From NCBI GenBank assembly GCA_009914755.4, contig CP068257.2:7712001-7776000 (forward strand): 64,000 nucleotides of DNA, read 5' to 3'. Positions 14,511-27,880 of the stretch are shown here, one piece after another; position 1 is the first letter of the stretch; each line of letters starts with the position of its first letter. The notes under the pieces are model-generated. The model saw only the letters and a list, made by a program, of their open reading frames with translations. It did not search any database and had not been told where the DNA came from. The position numbers and the translations under genes are program-made. Source of the DNA: the human T2T-CHM13v2.0 reference genome, Homo sapiens.

Positions 14511-17196
14511 ATGAATGGAAAGGAATGGAATGGAAACTAATGGAATGGAATGGAAAGGAAACAACCCGAGTGGAACGGAATGCAATGGAATGCAATGGAA
14601 TGGAATGGAATTCAATGTAATGGAAACAAACCGAGTGGAATGTAATGGAATGGAAAGGACTGGAATGTAATGGAATGGATTGGAATCAACCCGATTCCAA
14701 AGCAATGGAATGGAATGGAATGGAAGGGAAGGGAATGGAATGGAATGGAAAGGAATGGAATGAACTGGAATGGAATGGAATGGAATGGAATTGAATGGAA
14801 TTGAATGGAATGGAATCAACCCGAGTGGAGTGGAATGGAATGGAATGGAAATGAATGTAATCGAATGTAATGGAATGGAAACTAATGGAATGGAATGGAA
14901 ACAACCCGAGTGGAATGGAATGGAATGGAATGGACTGGAAGCAACCCGAGTGCAATGGAATGGAATAAAATGGAATCGCATGGAATGGAATGAAATAAAC
15001 ACGAGTGGAATGGAATTTAATGGAATGGAATGGAATGGAATGGAATGGAATCAACCAGAGGGTAATGGAATGGAATGGAATGGAATGGAATATAACGGCA
15101 TGCAATGGAATGGAATGGAGTGGATTCAACCCGAGTGGAATGGAGTGGATTGGACTGTAACGGCATGGAATGGAATGGAATGAAGTGGAATAAACACGAG
15201 TGGAATGGAATGGAATGGAATGGACTGGAATCAACTCGAGTGCAATGGAATGGAATAGAATGGAATGGAATGGAATGGAATGAAATAAACACGAGTGGAA
15301 TGGATTTTAATGGAATGGAATGGAATGGAATGGAATGGAATGGAATGCAACTGAATAAACTGGAATGTAATGCAATGGAATGGAATGGGATGGAACGGAA
15401 TCAACCTGAGTGGAAAGGAATGTAATGGAATGGAATGGAAACTAATGGAAAGGAATGGAAACATTCCGAGTGGAATGGAATGCAATGGAATGGAATGGAA
15501 TGGAATGGAAATGAACCGAGTGGAGTGGAATGGAATAGAATGGACTGGAATGAAAAGGAATGGATTGGAATCAACCCGATTCGAGTGCAATGGAATGGAA
15601 TGGAATGGAATTGAATGGAATGGAAGGGAATGGAATGGAACGGAATGGAATAAAATCAACTGGAATGGAATGCAATGGAAAGGAATTTAATGGAATGGAA
15701 CGGAACAGAATGGAATGGAATGGAATCAACCCGAGTGGAGTAGAATGGAATGGAATGGAGTGGAATGGAATGGAGTGGAATTGAATGGAATAGAATGGAA
15801 TCAAACTGAGTGGAATGGAAATGAAAGAAATTGAAAGGAATGGAATGGAATGGAATGGAATGGAATGGAATGGAATGGAATGGAATGGAATCAACCCGAG
15901 TGCAATGGAATTGTATGGAATGGAATGGAATGGAATGGAATAGAATGGAATGGAATGGAATAGCATTGAATGGAATCAACACGAGTGGAATGGAATGGAA
16001 TGGAATGGAATTCAATGGAATGGAATAAACCCGAATGGAATGGAATGGAAATGAATGAAGTTGATTGGACTCAACCCGAGTCGAATGGAATGGAACAGAA
16101 TGCAACGGAACGGAATGGAATGGAATCAAACCGAATGAAATGGAATAGAATGTAATATAATGGAATGGAATGGAATGGAATGGAATCAACCCGAGTGGAA
16201 TGCAATGGAATGGGATGGATTGGAAAGGAATGGAACGGAATTGAATGGAATGGAAAAGAATGGAATGGAGTGGAATCAACCCGAGTGGAATGGAATGGAA
16301 TGGAATGGAAAGGAATGGAATGGAATGGAATGCTATGGAATCAACCCTAGTGGAATGGTATGGAATGTTATGGAATGGTATGGAATGGAATGGAATAAAA
16401 TGGAATGGAATGGAATGGAATCAAACCGAGTGGAATGGAATGGAAAGGAATGCAATGGAATGGAATGGAATGGAATAGAATGGAATGAAATGGAATCAAC
16501 TGGAATGGAATGGAATGGAATGGAATGGAATGGAACAGAATAAACCTGAGTGGAATGGAATGGAATGGAGTGGAAACAAATGGAATGGAATGGAAACAAC
16601 CCAATAGGAATGGAATGCAATGGAATGGAATGGTATGGAATGGAATGGAATTCAACAGAATGTAATAAACCCGAGTGGAATGGAATGGAATAGAATGGAC
16701 TGGAATGGAATGGAATGGATTGGAAAGAACCCGAGTAGAATGCAATGGAATGGAATGGAATGGAATGGAATGGAATCAACTCGAGTGGAATGGAATGGAA
16801 TGGAAGGGAATTGATTGGAATGGTAACTACCTAGTGGAATGGAATGGATTCGAATGGTATGGAATCAATCCCAGTGGAATGGAATGCAATGGAATGGAAT
16901 GGAATGGAATGGAATGGAATGGAATGAAATCAACCTGAGTGGAATGGAGTGATATAGAAGGGAATGCAATGGAATGGAATGGAATCAACCCGAGTGGAAT
17001 GGAATGGGTCGGAATGGAATGAACTAGAATGCAATGGAATGGAATGGAATGGAATCAACTGGAATGGAAGGTAATGGAATGAAATGAAATGGAATGGATT
17101 CAACCTGAGCGGAATGGAATGCAATGAAATGGAATGGAATTGAATGAAATGGAATGGATTGGAAAAAACCCGAGTGGAATGGAATAGAAAGGAATG
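14510..17196 (+). repeat. Diverged HSat3 lacking a clear HOR, degenerating toward the junction with the AT-rich satellite
   Basis: Still GGAAT-based, but with more irregular variants (ggaaactaatgg, ggaattgaatgg, gtaactacctagtgg, gagtgatatagaaggg) and no long-range match to the upstream HOR copies. Confidence 0.6.
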
Positions 17197-17205
17197 AAAT
17201 ATCAA
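17190..17205. other. Direct junction between the HSat3 array and the HSat1A-type 42-bp satellite
   Basis: Sequence reads ...cccgagtggaatggaatagaaaggaatgaaat|atcaaagtacagaaacatatattatatactgtacataaaatatc.... The GGAAT-type repeat ends at ~17196 and the 42-bp AT-rich unit starts immediately. 'gaaat'/'aaaat' is shared by both repeat types at the join. No transposon, unique sequence or other spacer intervenes. Confidence 0.85.
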
Positions 17206-20200
17206 AGTACAGAAACATATATTATATACTGTACATAAAATATCACAGCACCCAAACATATGTTATATACTGTACATAAAATATCAAACAACAAAAAAAA
17301 TATACTGTACATAAAATATCAAAGTACCCAAACTATATATTATATACTGTACATAAAATAGTAAACTATGCAAACTATATATTATATACTGTACATAAAA
17401 TATCAAGTACCCAAACTACATATTCTATAATGCACATAAACTATCAAGAAACCAAACTATATATTATATACTGTACATTAAATATCAAAGTACCCAAACT
17501 ATATATTATATGCTGCACATAAATTATGAAAGTCCACCAAATATATATTATATGCTGTATATAAAATATCAAAGTACAACAAATATATATTATATACTGT
17601 ACATAAAATATCAACGTACCCAAAATATATATTATATATTCTACAAAAAATATGAAAGTACCCAAAATATTTATTATATTCTGTAGATATAATATCAAAG
17701 TACCAAAACTATATATTATATACAGTACATAAAATATCAAAGTACCCGAACAGTATATTATATAGTGTACATAAAATATCAAAGTACAAAAATATATATG
17801 GTATACTGTAAAAAAATATCAAAGTTCAAAAATATATCTTCTATACTGTATATAAAATATCAAAGTACACCAAATATATATTCTATACTGTACATAATGT
17901 ATCAAAGTACCCAAACTATATGTTATATACTGTACATAAAATATCAAAGTAGTGAAACAATATACTATATAATGTGCATAAAATATAAAAGTACCCAAAC
18001 CGTACATTATATACTGTATATAAAATATCAAATAACCCAAACTTTATATTATATACTATACAAAAAATATTAATTTACCCATACTGTATATTACATTCTG
18101 CACATATAATATCAAAGTACACAAACTGTATATTATATAATGCACATAAAATATCAAAGTACACAAACTATATATTATATATTGTACATAAAATATCAAA
18201 GTACCCAAACTATATATTGTATACTGTACATAAAGTATGAAAGTACCCAAACTATATATTTTATACTGTATATAAAATATCAAAGTACACAAACTATATA
18301 TTATATACTGTACATAAAATATCAAACTACACAAACTGTATATACTATACTGTACATAAAATATGAAAATACACCAAATATATATTCTATACTGTACATA
18401 AAAAATCAAAGTACACCTAATATCTATTCTATACCATACATAAAATATGAAAGTACACCAAATATATATTCTATACTGTACACAAAATATGAAAGTACAC
18501 CAAATATAAATTCTATACTGTACTTAAAATAGGAAATTACACCAAATATATATTTTATGCTGTACATAAAATATCAAAGTACACCAAATATATTTTATAT
18601 AGTGTTCATAAAATATCAAAATAGCCAAAATATATATTATATACTGAACATAAATTATCAAATTCACAAACTATATATTATAAACTCTACATAAAATATC
18701 AAGGAACACAAACTATTTATTATATACTGAACATAAAATTTCAAAGTACAAATCAATATATTATGTACTGTGCATAAAATATCAAAATACACAAACGATA
18801 TACTATATACTTTACATAAAATATCAAAGTACCCAAACTATATAGTCTATACTGTAAATAAAATCGCTAAGTACACCAAATATATATTCTTTTCCATATA
18901 TAAAATATCAAATTTTACGAAATATATATTGTATACTGTGCATAAAATATAAAATTACACCAAATATATATTGTATACGTATATAAAATATCAAAGGACA
19001 GTAAATATATATTATATACCTTACATAAAATATCAAAGTACACCAAATATATATTCTATACTGTACATAAAATATCAAAGTAACAAAAGTATATATTATA
19101 TAATTTACATAAAATATCAAAGTACCCATATTATATATTATATACTGTACATAAAATATCAAATTAACAAAGGTATATATTATATACTGTACATAAAATA
19201 TCAAAGTACAAAAAGTACATATGATGTACTGTACATAAAATATCAAGGTACCAAAAATATATATCATTTACTGTACCTAAAATATCAATGTACCCAAAGT
19301 TTATATTATGTACTGTACAAAAAATATCCAAGTACCCATACTATATAGTATATTCTGTATATAAAATATGAAAGTACACAAACTATATATTATAAAATGT
19401 ACATAAAATATCAACGTACAAAAAACATATATTATATACTGTACATAAAATATCAAAGTACCGAAACTATATATTATATACTGTATATAAAATATCACAG
19501 TACCCAAACTATATATTAAATACTGTATATAAAATATCAAAGTACCCAAACTATATATTATATACTGTACTTAAAATATCAAAGTACCAAAATTACGTAA
19601 TACATACTGAACATAAAATACCAAAGTATTCAAACTATATATTATATACCGGACATAAAACATCAAACTACCCAAACTATATATTATATACCGTACATAA
19701 AATATCAAAGTACCCAAAATATATATTATATACCATACATAAAATATCAAAATACCCAAACTGTATATTATACACTGTACATAAAATATCCAATTACCCA
19801 AAATATATATTTTGCACTGTACATAAAACATCAAAGTAGACCAAATATATATTATGTACTGAAAAAAAAACATCAAAGTACATAAAACGTATATTATATA
19901 CTGTACATAAAATATCAAAGTACATCAAGTGTATATTTACACTGTAGATAATGTATCAAAGTACCCAAATTATATATTAAATACTGTACATAAAATATCA
20001 AATTATGCAAAGTATATATTAAATACTGTAAGTAAAATATAAAAGTACCAAAACAATAAATTATATACACTGCATAAAATATGTAAGTAAACCAAATATA
20101 TATTATATACTGTACATAAAATATCAAAGTACACGAAATGTATATTATATACTGTACATAAAATATCAAAGTACACCAAATATACATTATATACTGTACA

Positions 20201-22750
20201 CAAAATATCAAAATACACCTATTATATATTATACACTCTACATGAAATGTCTAAGTACAGCAAATATATATTATATACTGTACATAAAATACCAAACTGC
20301 CCGAAATATATATGATATACTGTACATAAAATATCAAGGTACAAAAACTATATATTATACACTGTACATAAAATATCAATGTACACAAAGTATATATTCC
20401 ATACTGTACCTAAAATAATAAAGTACCCAAAATATATATTTTATAGTGTTCATAAAATATCAAAGTACCCAAAATATATATTATACTCTGTACTTAAAAT
20501 ATCAAACTACCTAAACTATATGTTATATACTGTACATAAAATATCAAATTACACAAACTACATATTATATACTGTACATAAAATATCAAATTACACAAAG
20601 TATATACTGTATGCTGTACATAAGATATTAAAGTACCAAAAATATATATTATATGCTGTACAGAAAATATCAAATTTCCCATATATATATTATATACGGT
20701 ACATAAAATATCAAAGTACCCAAAAAATATATTATATACTATACATAAAATATGAAATACACCAAATATATATTATAGGCTGTACATAAAACATCAAATT
20801 ACACCAAATATATATTACATGCTGTACATAAAATATCACAGTACTCAAAATATATATTGTATACTGTACAAAAAAAATCAAAGTACCCAAAATGTATATT
20901 ATATACTGTACATCAAATATGAAAGTAACCAAAGTATATATTACATACTGTACATCAAAAATCAAGGTACATATACTATATATTATATACTGTACATAAA
21001 ATATCAAAGTACCAAAGCTATAAATTATATAATGTACATTAAATATCAAAGTAATCAAACTATATATCATATACTGTACCTAAAATATCAAAGTACACAA
21101 AATATATACTCTATACTCTACAGAAAATATCAAAGTACACAAACTATATATTATATCATGTACATAATATGTCAAAGTAGACAAACTATGTATTATATAC
21201 TGTACATAAAATATCAAAATACACCAAGTATATATTATATACAACACAAAAAATATAAAAGTACCCAAAGTATATATTATATACTGTACATAAAATATCA
21301 AAGTACAAAAACTATAAATTATATACTGTACAAAAAATTTTAAGTACACCAAATATATATAATATAGTATACCTAAAATATCAAAGTACCCAAACTATAT
21401 ATTTTATACTGTACATAAAATATCAAAGTACCCAAACTATATATTATATACTGTACATAAAATATCAAAGTACACCAAATACATATTATGTACTATACAT
21501 AAAATATCAAAGAAAACCAAATATATATTATAAGCTGTACATAAAATATCAAAGAATCCAATCAATATATTATATAATTTACATAAAATATCAAAGTAAC
21601 CAACTATATGTTATATACTGTACATAAAATATGAAAGTACCGAAACTATATATTATATACTGTATATTAAGTATCAAATACGCAAAACATATATTATACA
21701 CTGTATATAAAATATCAAAGTAACCTAAATATATATTATATACTATACATATATCAAAGTACCCCAAATATATATTATAAGCTGTACATAAAATATCAAA
21801 GTACACCAAATATATACTCTATACTGTACATAAAATATGAAAGTACACCAAATATAAATTATACACTATACCAAAAATATCAAAGTACACCAATATATAT
21901 TACAAAATACAAATAAATTATCAATGTACACCAATTATATCGTATATACTCTACATGAAATAACCAAATACAGGAAATATTAATTAAACAGTGTACATAA
22001 AATATAAAAGTACACCAAATATATATTATATACTGTACATAAAATATCATATACCCAAAGATATATTATATACTGTACATAAAATATCAAAGTACCGAAA
22101 ATACATATTTTATACTATACATAAAATATCACAGTACACCAAATATATATTATATACTGTACATAAAATATGAAAGATCACGTAATATATATTATATACT
22201 GTACATAAAAAATCAAAGTTCATGAAATGTGTTATATACTGTACATCAAATATGAAAGTACACCAAATATATATTATACACTGTACCTAAAAGCAAAATA
22301 CACCGAATATATATTATATACTGTACATAAAATATCAAAATACACCAATTATATATTATACACTATACAGAAAATATCAACGTACACCAAATATATATTA
22401 TATACAGTACATAAAATATCAAAGTACACCAAATATATATAATATATTGTACATAAAATGTCAAAGTACACCAAATATATATTATATACTGTACATAAAA
22501 ATAGAAAGTACACCAAATATGTATTATATACTGTACATAAAATATCAAAGTACACCAAATATATATAATATACTGTACATAAAATACCAAAGTAAACCCA
22601 ATACATATTTTATGCTGTACATAAATATGAAAGTACACAAAATATATATTATATACAGTATATAAAGTATTAACGTACACCAAAAACATATTATGTACTG
22701 TACATAAAATTAAATACACCAAATACATTTTATATACTAGACCTAAAGTA
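17197..22750 (+). repeat. Classical satellite I-type (HSat1A) array, 42-bp monomer (17-bp A + 25-bp B), variant atcaaagtacccaaactatatattatatactgtacataaaat, grading into acaccaaatatatatt variants after ~21.4 kb
   Basis: Strict 42-bp periodicity is visible over >5 kb, and AT content is extreme. The monomer has the ACATAAAATATCAAAGT / ACCCAAACTATATATTATATACTGT organisation described for human satellite I. Confidence 0.85.
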
Positions 22751-25700
22751 TCAAAAGTTACTCTAGATAAATATTATGTATTTTACGTAAAATAACAAAT
22801 ATTACACCAAATATATATTATATTCTGCCCAAAAAATACCAAAAATTACACCAAATACATACTATATACTGTACATAAAATATCAAATAGTACACCAAAT
22901 ACATATAACGTACTGTACGTAAAATATCAAAAAGTACACCAAATACATATTATGTACTGTATATAAAATATCAAAGAACACAAAATATATATCATATAGT
23001 GTAAATAAAAAATCAAGTTACACAATACATATATTATATACTGTAGATAAAATATCAAATTACTCAAAATACATATTATGTACTGTACATAAAATATCAA
23101 AGTAAAGTAAAAACATATTATATACTGTGTATAAATATCAAAGTACACCGAATACATATTATATACTGTACATAAAATATCAAAAGTACACCAAATACAT
23201 GTTATATACTTTACATAAAATATCTAAGTACACCAAATTCATATTATATACTGTACATAAAATATGAAAGTAAACCAAATGCATATTATATACTACACAA
23301 AAAAATTGAAAGCACACCAAATTCATATTATATACTGTACATAAAATAACAAGGGACACAAAATAAGTATTATACACTGTACATAGAGTAACAAAGTACA
23401 CAAAATACATATTATACACTGTACATAACATATCAATGTACACAAAATAGAAATTATATACTGTACATAAAATATAAACTATACCAAAAACATATTCTAT
23501 ACTGTACATAAAATATCAAAGTACACAAAATACACATTATATACTTTACATAGTTTATCAAAGTACACAAAATACATCTAAAATGTACATAAAATGTCAA
23601 AGTTACACAAAATACATATTATATACCATAGATAAAATATCAAAGTACACAAAATACATATGATATACAGTACACAGAATATAAAAGTACACCAAATACA
23701 TATTATATGCTGTACATAAGATATCAAAAAGTGCACAGAATTCATAATATATACTGTATATAAAATATCAGAGTACACTAAATACATATTATATACTCTA
23801 CATAAAATATAAAAGTACACAGAATACATATTATATACTGTACATAAAATATGAGAGTACACAAAATACATATTATATACTGTACATAAAATATCAAACA
23901 GTACACCAAATACATCCTATATACTGTTCATAAAGTATCAAAAATTACACCAAATACATATTGTATAGTGAACATAAAGTATAAAAAGGACACCAAATAC
24001 ATATTATATACTCTACATATAATATCAAAATGTACAACAAATACATATTATATAATCTCCATAAAATATCAAAGTACAAAAAATACATGTGTTGTGTGCA
24101 TAAAATATCAAGTTACACAAAATACTTATGATATACTGTACAGAAAATATCAAAGTACACAGAATACATATTATATACTGTACATAAAATATCAAAGTAC
24201 ACAAAATACATATTATATACTGTATATAAGATATCAAACAGCACACCAAATACTTATTATATACTGTACATAATATATCAAACAGTACACCATATACATA
24301 TTATATACTGTACATAAAGTATCAAAAATTACACCAAATACATATTATATACTGTACATATAATATCAAAATGTGCACCAAATACATAATCTATACTGTA
24401 CATAAAATATCAAAATGTACACCAAATACATATTATATACTGTTCATAAAATATCAAAAACTACACCAAATTCATAGTATATACTTTACATAATATATCA
24501 AAGTACAAAAAATACATATTATATTGTGTACAGAAAATATAAAGGTACACAAAATACTTATTATATACTCTACATAAAATATCAGATTTCACAAAATACA
24601 TATTGTATACCGCACAAAAAATATCAAAGTACACTAAATACATATTTTACACTGTATATAAAATATCAAAGTACAACAAATACATATTAGGCACTCTACA
24701 TAAAATATAAAATTACACAAAATACGTATTATATACTGTACATAAAATATAAAATACACAAAAAATATATTATATACTCTACATAAAATATCAAATAGTA
24801 CACCAAATACATATTATATACTGTACATAATGTATCAAAAGGTACACCAAATACTTATTATATACTGTACATAAAGTATCAAAAAGTACACCAAACACAT
24901 ATTATATAATGTATATAAAATATCAAAAAGTATACCAAATACATATTATATACTGTAAATAAATTATCCAAAAGTACACCAAATACACATTATATACTGT
25001 ATATTAAATATCAAAATGTATACCAAATACATATTTTATACTGTATATAAAATCAAAAATTACACCAAATACATATTACATACTGTACATAAAATATCAA
25101 AAAGTACACCAAATACATGTAATACACCGTACATAAAAAATCTTAAAGTACACCAAATACATATTATATACTGTACATAGAATATCAAAGTTCACAAAAT
25201 ACACATTATATACCGCACATAAAATATCAAAGGACACTAAATACATATTTTACACTGTACATAAAATATCAAACTACAACAAATACATATGCACTGTACA
25301 TAAAATATCAGAGTACACAAAAAACATATTATATACTGTACATAAAATAACAAAGTACACAAAATACATATTATATACTTTACGTAATATATCAAAGTAC
25401 ACAAAATATATATATACTGTACATAATATGTGAAAGTTACACAAAATACATATTATATACCGTAGATAAAATATCAAAGTACACAAAATACATATTATAT
25501 ACAGTACATAAAATATCAAAGTACACCAAATACATATTATATACTGTACATAAGATATCAAAAAGTACACAGAAATCATGATATATACTTTATATAAAAT
25601 ATCAAAATACATCAAATACATATTATGTACTCTACATAAAGTATCAAAAAGTACACAAAATACATATTATATAATGTACATAAAATATCAAACAGTACAC

Positions 25701-27840
25701 CAAATACATATTATATACTGTACATAAAGTATCAAAAGGTACACCAAATACATACTATATACTGTACATAATATATCAAAGTTCAAAAAAATACATATTA
25801 TATTGTGTTCATAAAATATCAAGTACACAAAATACATATTATATACTGTACAGAAAATATCAAATAGTGTACCAAATATTTATTTTATATTATAAATAAA
25901 ATACCAAATAGTACACCAAATATATATTACATTCTCTATATAAAATACCAAAATATACAACAAATACATATTATATACTGTACATATATTATCAATTACT
26001 ACACGAAATACATATTATAAACTTTACCTAAAATATCAAAGTACAACGAATACATTTCATATACTGCACATAAAATATCAAATAGTACACCAAATACATG
26101 TTATATACAGTACATAAAATATGAATGTACACAAAATACATATTATATACTGTACATAAAATATCGAAGTACACAAAATACATATTATATACTGTACACA
26201 AAATATCAAAGTACACAAAATACATATTATATACTATACTTAGTATATCAAATAGTAAACCAAATACATATTATATACTGTACATAATGAATCAAAGGGT
26301 ATACCAAATACATATTTTATACTGTACATAAATTATCAAAAAGTACACCAAATACATATTATATAATGTACATAAAATATCAAAAAGTACACCAAATACA
26401 TATTATATACTGTACATAAAATATCAAAAAGTACACGAAATACATATTATATACTATTCATAAAATATCAAAATGTACACCAAACACAATTATATAGTGT
26501 ACTTAAAATATCAAAAAGTACACCAAATACATATTATATACCATACATAAAATATGATAAAGTACACCAAATACATATTATATACCATACATAAAATATC
26601 TAAAAGTACACCAAATACATATTATATACTGTACAGAAAATATCAAATAGTACGCCAAATATTTATTATATATTATACATAAAATACCAAATAGTACACC
26701 AAATATATATTACATACTCTATATAAAATAGCAAAATATACACCAAATACATATTATATACTGTACATATATTATCAATCACTACATGAAATACATATAA
26801 TAAACTTTATATAAAATATCAAAGTACACCAAATACATATTATATACTGTACATAAAATATCAAAAAGTACACCAAATACATACTATATACAGTACATAA
26901 AATATGAATGTACACAAAATACAAATTATATACTGTACATAAAATTTGAAAGTACACAAAATATATATTATATACTGTACATAAAATACCAAAGTACACA
27001 AAATACATATTATATACTTTACATAATATATCAAAGTCCACAAAATACATATATACTGAACAAAAAATGTCAACGTTACACAAAATACATATTATATACC
27101 ATAGATAAAATATCAAAGTACACAGAATACATGTTATATACTGTACATAAGATATCAAACAGTACACAAAATACATATTACATACTGTAGGTAAAGTATC
27201 AAAAATTACACCAAATACATATTATATCCTGTACATATAATATCAAAATGTACACCAAGTACATATTTTATACTGTACATAAAATATCAAAAAGTACACC
27301 AAATACATAATATATACTGTACATAAAATATCAGAAACTACAGGAAATACATAGTATATACTCTACATAATATATGAAAGTGCAAAAAATACATATTATA
27401 TAGTGTACATAGAACATCAAGCTACACAAAATACATATTATATAATGTACATAAAATATCAAAGTTCACAAAATACATATTGTATACCGCACATAAAATA
27501 TCAAAGTACACTAAATCCATATTTTACACTGTACATAAAATATCAAAGTACAACAAATACATATTATGCACTGTACAGAAAATATAAAAGTACACAAAAT
27601 ACATATTATATTCTGTACATAAAATATAAAAGCACACAAATATCATATTATATACTCTACATAAAATATCAAATAGTACACCAAATACATATTATTTACT
27701 GTACATAAAGTATCAAAACGTACACCAAATACATATTATATACTGTAAATAAATTATCAAAAAGTACACCAAATACACATTATACACTGTGTATAAAATA
27801 TTAAAAAATTACACCAAATACATATTATATACTGTATATA
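22750..27840 (+). repeat. HSat1A monomer variant block, 42-45 bp, consensus atcaaa(aa)gtacaccaaatacatattatatactgtacataaaat
   Basis: A short disordered patch at ~22,700-22,800 marks the switch. After it the B-subunit carries caccaaatacat instead of cccaaactatat, and the A-subunit often carries atcaaaaagt / atcaaatagt. Period therefore varies between 42 and 45 bp. Confidence 0.8.
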
Positions 27841-27880
27841 ATATATATATAGTATATACATGTACTATAAATATATATAT
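27838..27880. other. Inversion breakpoint (strand switch) inside the HSat1A array
   Basis: Up to ~27,838 the + strand reads ...tatatactgtacataaaatatcaaa...gtacaccaaata.... From ~27,878 it reads the reverse complement, ...tttgatattttatgtacagtagataatatatatttggggtac.... Between them lies a ~40-bp irregular, partly self-complementary AT tract: atatatatatagtatatacatgtactataaatatatatataaatat. Confidence 0.85.

Larger units (their letters stand above)
1..17196 (+). repeat. Human satellite III-type (HSat3) array: (GGAAT)n on the + strand, punctuated every ~50-120 bp by diverged units of the CAACCCGAGT / CAACTCGAGT / AAACACGAGT type
   Basis: Direct reading shows almost uninterrupted ggaatggaatggaatgg with recurring caacccgagtggaatgg, caactcgagtgg, aaacacgagtgg and ggaaggcattagaatcaactgg motifs. 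This is the classical HSat3 consensus; no other sequence class is interspersed. Confidence 0.95.

Noticed and set aside
27841-27877. AT dinucleotide-like tract at the inversion centre interpreted as an independent (TA)n microsatellite
   Set aside because: It is only ~40 bp, irregular, and sits exactly at the strand switch. It is better explained as the breakpoint or fold-back spacer than as a separate feature.
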